NCBI GenBank assembly: GCA_004431415.1
Contig: QPMI01000521.1
Span: 168,861-232,860 of the forward strand
Source of the DNA: Cyanophora paradoxa CCMP329
Lineage: Eukaryota > Plantae > Glaucophyta
Direction of reading: 5' to 3'
Length of the DNA: 64,000 nt
Positions 57,692 to 64,000 of this stretch are shown here, piece after piece. Below the pieces are notes generated by a model. That model saw only the letters and a list, made by a program, of their open reading frames with translations. It was not told where the DNA came from and did no database searches. How positions within the stretch are numbered: the stretch's first letter is position 1; every line of letters begins with the position of its first letter. A program made the position numbers and the translations under genes.

Positions 57692-59220
57692 TTATACACT
57701 TCGAATAAATGCACCTGTCACATCAACTCTCATAGTTGGGGTGTTGATGTATACAAGTGGATAAATTCGAATATACCTTGTCCTCAGAGGGTAGCCAATA
57801 TAGAAAACGTCTTTAATAGAGGTGGGATACCCAGAACTGTATGAGACATCACCACTGTTGTGGGCATTATTGATAGTTTCACACATGAACACTCTATTGA
57901 CACCTTCATACTTGATAAATGACCAAGAAATCCCATCTTGTGATGTTGCAACATTGAAGTCTTAATAAAAGCGTTTGTTACACCAGAACCATATGCTATA
58001 ATAGATGCAACCTCAAATATGTATGGAAGGTTACTTGGAGATACTCAGTGGGACACTCCATATCCCATCAGGAGCAGATGCATTTGCTTCCAACCTGTCA
58101 AGGAAGGTCTTGATTTAAATGCCTCCTTCCAATTTTGATGATGAAGCAGTGAATGCACCATCTGATAGAAGATACCAGTTAGCATCAATTGGAGGTATGC
58201 TATTCAGAGTGGATGATATATAGAACCTTGCAGGGTTCTTGATTTCGTAATTTGCAACCAGTAAATCACAGAGTCTATCAATCATCACAGTGTTTGCTGC
58301 TATGTACATTTCGGTTGCATCTATCATATCTGGGATCTTAGAGGTATCATCCAGAGAGTTTACTATGGTCTTTGGAAGTGGGACAGAGAGTCTATAATAT
58401 CTTGCATATCCTTGATCATCATTGTATGGGAGAAACTCTTGCATCTTTTCCAGAGCAGAGAGTTCACTTGCAGCCATCAACATATTGATTAATGGACTTC
58501 CAGAGGTGGAAGCAATCCATGAGAGAATACCCAGCTGTTCACATCTTCATAAGAGTAACCCACATTTGGAGCATCTGTTTCATTGACTTCACCACAGGAT
58601 ATACTTATCACTATAATATCATCATCATCATCATAGATCTTCTTAGCATGACTGTAACCACAGACACTGGGATTGTTGTTACCTGAGATTGCACCATCAA
58701 TTAGAGACATCCATCATAGTTCACAGGTGAGAAATATGCTGGAGCAGCAGAGGTGGATCTTGCAGCAATCTTGCTGGGGATGGATTTGTAGGAGTTATCA
58801 TTGGTGATAAAAATGGGCTTCATACTCACAGTGTCAAAACTTGTGATCACTACATCTTGAGAGAGTCTTGAATGAGAGACTCACCAGTAACAGTGAGAAT
58901 GGCTGTCTCCAATGGGTCACATCATACTTGGTGTTGAAGAGTGCATTATCAATAATATTTCGGGGATTTGCAAAGATTAAAGGCAGTTGATTGAGATAAG
59001 TGGAATGCAAATCGGTTGCTGTGAGTTTAGGTTCGTTTGGAAATTCGGGATTTTCACATTGAGACCAATCGCAATTATCCCACCAGTGGATGTTCCACTC
59101 ACCAGATCAACAAGGTCAATTACTCTTTTTCCTGTTCGAGTTTCGATTTCTTTAAGCAATCTCGTAATAATTATACCACGAGCTCCCCACCTGAAAGACT
59201 GAGAATTACACGAAGGGCAT
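57692..59220 (-). CDS. Patatin-like phospholipase with C-terminal F5/8 type C (discoidin)-like domain; several frameshifts
   Basis: ILSLSGG(G)ARG, VSGTSTGG (GxSxG), AARSTSAAPAYF, LIDGA...NNP and YYRL...LDD, then ATSQDGISWSFI and RTRYIRIYP...MRVDV. Confidence 0.8.
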
Positions 59221-59269
59221 CTTTACTTAACTCAAATTTAATAAATCTCTATAAGTAGAGTAAACAGGG

Positions 59270-61313
59270 ATGAGTTTCAATTACCCAGCAAACCTACAAA
59301 CCATTCCTCATCAGGAAGAGGGAGGGCAGATAACAAACATGTAAATTTCGATAACTTGACAGCCAGGGGTCAATCTCAATTGATCACAGTGCAGATGAAA
59401 CCTCAAAGACTCAACCAAGAGAGCATGCACTTTCAATAAACGAAATGGATCCCGAAAAGGAGGATGTGAGTGTTGCTTTCAGCATGGGAAATGTGAAATC
59501 GAATCAGGTAGCCCAGAGTAAAGCAACCAGGAGCAGACCAAGAAAACTGAAAACCAGTGGAACCCACCCAGATATTCCAACTCGATTCGATAGTGGTAGG
59601 TTAATATTCAATGTTCAAAATGAGAAGGGTGGGCATCAGAGTGGTTTGAGAATCTTTAATGAAGGATCAAATGCAATTGCACAAATTCCCGAAATATTAC
59701 AGATAGCCCCCCATGGAGAAACCAACAAAATCGAGTTCACTAACAATGTTTATCCACGAGATATTGTGGCGAATTCGGCTTCTAATGCGCAATTCGGTTT
59801 CCAACTACCTGGTGATACAGCAAAGAATAAGGCGTCTATCACTGTCAACAGTAGCCCCACTCAACCAGTAACAATTCATTTACACCCAGACCTTGTTGAA
59901 ATGGATAGGCACCTTTTACCTTTGGTGACAAACACCAAAGATCTTGGTATTAGAACCAGACAATGGCGAAATATCCATGGAAGCAATGTCTATGCAAATG
60001 GAGAGAAACTTGTTAGTGAGAAGACCATCAGAGAGATCTTTGAATATTATGGACCTGTCCAGTTCCCTTCCACTACCATGGGATCCACCAGATTTAACAC
60101 CGAAAAAGCAACCAGGCAGAGAGTACACAGCAGATGAGACAGTTCCTTTTGGGCAACACATTGTGAGTTGGGAGCAGTTCGAAATAAACCGATAATTGAA
60201 CCAAGAAAGCAAATTGATGAGCAATATTTACCTCCGAAATCGATATTTTGAGCTTGACGAATACCAATTCGTTCCAGACGAGAGGAATACCTACCTGATG
60301 GTTTCGACCCACAAGAGTATGAATATGATCAATATGATCCCAATGAGGAAGAGTATTTACCAGATGGTTTAGATCCACAAGAGTATGAATATGAGCAGAA
60401 TTATGAACCCCATGAGGAATACTTAGCAGATGGTCACGAACCACCAGTTGTGGATTATGAGCAACCATATGAACCCCATGAAGAATTATTACCAGATGGA
60501 TTCGCCCAGAGATTTGGAATTCTTCCTGATTGGGAGCAGATCAACAATAAACCAGCCAGATATCCACCAGAGGATCACAACCATGACTGGGATGAGATCT
60601 TAGGTAAACCAGCGAAATTCCCACCAGAGGATCACAGGCATGATTGGGGTGACATTGATGGAATACCAACTGAGTTTCCACCAAGCAAACATGAACACAC
60701 CTGGGATGAGATCAATGACCACCAGAATTCGCAAAAGTAGAGCCTCTTGCTACTCTGGGAGTTTCTCTTTACCAGACTTGCAATGTCCCTGAAAGGATCT
60801 TTTTGAATCACCACTATGTTCATGTGGAAGGGACACTTGCAAATTCAGCTATGATAGGACCATTGCATATTAGAACATTACCAGGCTCTTATAATCCACC
60901 ACCAGAACCAGGAGCAACCATACCAAATATCTTGTGTCAGCTACATGAGGTTGACATACCCACAGATACTTTTAGAGTTCCAACAGACCAGCAACCTACC
61001 AGAATTACAACTCAGCCATACAGGTTCATGTAACAGATGTGAGCAGTTTAGATGGATCAAGACCAATGATAGTATTCAGTCGAGATAAATATTCCTACAT
61101 TCCATAGTGGGAACTGCAAATGATAATTATGGAAGGGCAGAACTTGCATGGATAAAAACAGATTATGGTGGGGTTCTCGAGCCAATCAAAGAATGGCTGC
61201 AAAAAACATTCACAACGAAAATATATCGAGAGTGGTAACAGAAGATTATTTAGAAGATCAAGGATATATTGACGAAGGAGAACTAACGAATATCTTTCTT
61301 TATTCGTGATTAA
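59270..61313 (+). CDS. Fibre-like structural protein 1 (frameshifted)
   Basis: DLGIRTRQWRNIH, acidic YDPNEEEYLPDG repeats and PPEDHNHDWDEILGKP-type HxH repeats as in phage tail fibres. Boundary with the next gene uncertain. Confidence 0.6.
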
Positions 61314-61315
61314 AA

Positions 61316-64000
61316 ATGATACAACCTTACAGTCACAAGTAACATTACACCAGTAACATTTCAGCAAGTAACATTTGGACAAGTAACCTATGGGCAAGTA
61401 ATATATGGACAAGTAATATTTACGGAAGTAATTTAGAGGTTGACTACTTGACTGTGAATATTGAAGCAAACCTACCAAATCATCCTACTTCTAATGTTGT
61501 TTTGGATTGGATTGATAACCACACACACACAAAGATGAGATCACAGATTTTGCACATGATCATTTATGGGAGCATATAACAAATCCCCCTCAACCTTCCC
61601 GCCCAGTTCACACACTCATGACTACTCAGAGATCACAACTCTATCACAGACACATTTGGAGTGAAATAGATGAACAGCCAGTATTCGCACAATTGAATGC
61701 AATCGGAAACGTTTTTAATGGAGTCACACTTTACCAATCGATTAATACACCTGAAAGGCTATTTTTGAATGATCATTATGTTAGTCTCAATGGGACTTTT
61801 ACAGGTCAAACAGGCACTCCAATGAGGGAACTCTTGCAGTAAGATTACCCAGGGATCCAATTGTAAATGGAGTTTATGATGGCGATTTCAATGTAGAGTA
61901 AATGATACTTTCCCAGTATCTATGTAACGAATTATCACCCAGGTGAAACAGGACAAGTAGAGAATTTCTCGGCAGCAATACAAGTAAATGTAACAGATCA
62001 AAGTGCATATGATGGAGCAAGACCTAAAATAGTTTTCACAAGGGAGAAAGTTGTTAACTATCTTCCCGTTGCAGGACAACCACAGATGATCACGGTAAAT
62101 GTGAGATGGCGTGGATAAAAACGACATCAGGTGGCGCTTAGAGTCAATCAAAGAATGGCGGCAAAAAACTTACACAATACCACCCTTTCGGGTGTGGTTA
62201 CAGATGATTACCTTACCAATAAAGGATATCTTACGACCGCGGATTTAAGCAGTTATGCAACCGATGCAGAATTAGCGGCGGCACTTGCGAATTATCTACC
62301 TCTCACAGGTGGAACTGTTAACAGGAACTGTGAATGCTACCACTTTACAAATTGGTGGAACCACAATACCAAAATGTTACGTTTTGACCAATTAGATGTG
62401 GTTTCGACAGATAGAAGCGCAAATAATTGGAATTTAGGGTGGACACCAAGAACAGGTCAAGCAGGATGTTACACAACACCACAAAATGATGAAGATTGCA
62501 GTGCTTGTTGGATGAGGTGGAATGTCCCCACAGGAATGAAAACGTTTTATATTCAAACCATGTGTTGGTCTAATTGTAGATATTTTGACATCTATGGTCA
62601 AACAGCCAATGGTAATCAACATTTCCTTCGGCGTTTAAATTGTTTATCAAGGTATTCAAGCATCAGTACATGATGGAACACAATCCAGTATACTTTTCAT
62701 CTCTATAAATTGTGAGTTTTACACAAAAATATATGTTCAAGGTCGAAAAGGTAGAATCCATCTTACAGGTGTTTTTGGGTGGAGTAGACAGAGGGCAACA
62801 GATAATGAGATTGGGATGATCTCTTGGGATAATATATTTAGTAAACCATCATTGTACTCAGCCGCAGACCTTCCAGCAACAGCAAAATGGACAACTAACA
62901 CATGGTTAAAATCAACAGACAATATAGAAAGATTTTGGTTTGGTAATAATGATTGTACATATATACGAGGGAGAACAAATGGAGATAATGCGTGTGTTGT
63001 ATTCAGAAACTCAGCAGATGCTACAATTTTACAATCATATGAAAACGGCAACCTTGCGATTACTAATACTGTGTCAGCTCCAACCATAAGTGGAACGATT
63101 ATTAATGGGGGTTCAATTAATGCGACTACAAATTATAAATTTGGCGACAAAACAATGCCCCGATGTGTAGAATATGACGCAATTGTTGCAGGAAATTCGC
63201 CACATGGTTATGCAGGAGGTTGGGGTTTTGAAGGTGGAACAGCATGGGAACCCTACTATAATTACGGTGGGTATGCTTCCAATAATGAGAGTGGCGACAC
63301 TGTTGTTAACGGCTCATGGATTGATTACACAATACCCACTGATTTATATACGGGAACAGCCCACTTAACATATCTCCCTTGGGTAAATTGTCGTTACTTT
63401 GAGATTTGGGGAATCAATAGACAAGGTAATGCGGTTTTCATTGCAAGAGTGAATAGTTATCATCAATATGAAGCGCACCAGATGGAAACCACAATGGTTT
63501 ACAAAATGTCCCTATTATGTTGGGAAATCGCTTTACTCGCCTTCGTATTATTCCAAAGGTAGGAAGAGTTCACATTATGGGCATTGGATTTACTCGCACT
63601 TGGACAGGAAGTAGTTATGGTGGTCACACAGGTTATGTTTCTTGGGATAACATTTATAGTAAACCAAATCTACTAACTCCAAGTTTAGTGGGAAACATTA
63701 TAGGTTTTGATACTTGGAGTGGAACAGGTAGTGGTGGTCTATCATTCAGTGGTTCTTGGGAACAGGTTGGACAGCTTCTGTTTCTAATCCTGTGGATGGA
63801 TTTTATAGTATTGTTGAAGGTGATTCAACAAGTGGAGATTGGGCGCAAATTGAAGTCCCCGCAAATATGCAAACATGTCACGTTCAATATTTGTGTTGGA
63901 CGAATTGTAGATATTTTGATATTGGAGGTTATCGATCGGGTAGATGGTTCCACATTATGCGTGTAAATACTTACCAGGCTATCTCAAATTATGCATCCGC
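61316..64000 (+). CDS. Fibre-like structural protein 2 with three tandem distal domains (frameshifted; runs off the right edge)
   Basis: HTH/HxH repeats, a segment paralogous to fibre 1, LANYLPLTGGTV, then three W.NCRYF(D/E)I.G domains (~62566, 63380, 63897) separated by SWDNI.SKP linkers. Confidence 0.6.

Larger units (their letters stand above)
41836..64000. mobile_element. Endogenous Maverick/Polinton-like virus, element B (nested in element A; right end outside the window)
   Basis: Has its own MCP, two pentons, ATPase, primase-helicase, pPolB and rve integrase. Starts where A's helicase breaks and has different CpG usage from A. Confidence 0.85.

Noticed and set aside
1-64000. tRNA or rRNA genes
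   Set aside because: None recognised by eye; a covariance-model scan would be needed to exclude them.

Overview
The window has two parts. Bases ~1-29,990 are GC-rich, intron-rich eukaryotic (protist/algal-type) host DNA. They carry a large surface protein gene, an STPG/SHIPPO-repeat gene, a mitochondrial carrier with C-terminal EF-hands, COP1, a hypothetical gene and the 3' half of a K+ channel gene. From ~29,994 to the window end the DNA is AT-rich, intron-free and gene-dense, and is a nested stack of endogenous Polinton-like/Maverick-type viruses inserted in an intron of the K+ channel gene. Element A (~29,994-41,835) encodes a packaging ATPase, major capsid protein (MCP), penton and a PolB-SF1 helicase fusion. 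Its MCP is split by a 2.45-kb poly(A) retroposon with a 17-bp target-site duplication, and its helicase is cut off by element B. Element B (~41,836 to >64,000) encodes two pentons, MCP, ATPase, primase-SF3 helicase, a pPolB with a degenerate proofreading domain, an rve integrase, a patatin-discoidin lipase and fibre-like proteins. The most striking signal is B's left end: a 97-nt fold-back that on the minus strand has a perfect 29-bp stem, only G.A mismatches in sheared-pair context and a GCGAAGC mini-hairpin cap, which suggests a single-stranded, self-priming DNA terminus. B also carries three iteron/AT-core arrays resembling P4/SaPI origins, giant-virus-like AAAA(A/T)TGAC motifs upstream of genes (also seen in A), and CpG largely restricted to TCG/CGA contexts. 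Many frameshifts fall in homopolymers and may be long-read errors. All protein calls come from motif recognition by eye; no searches were run.
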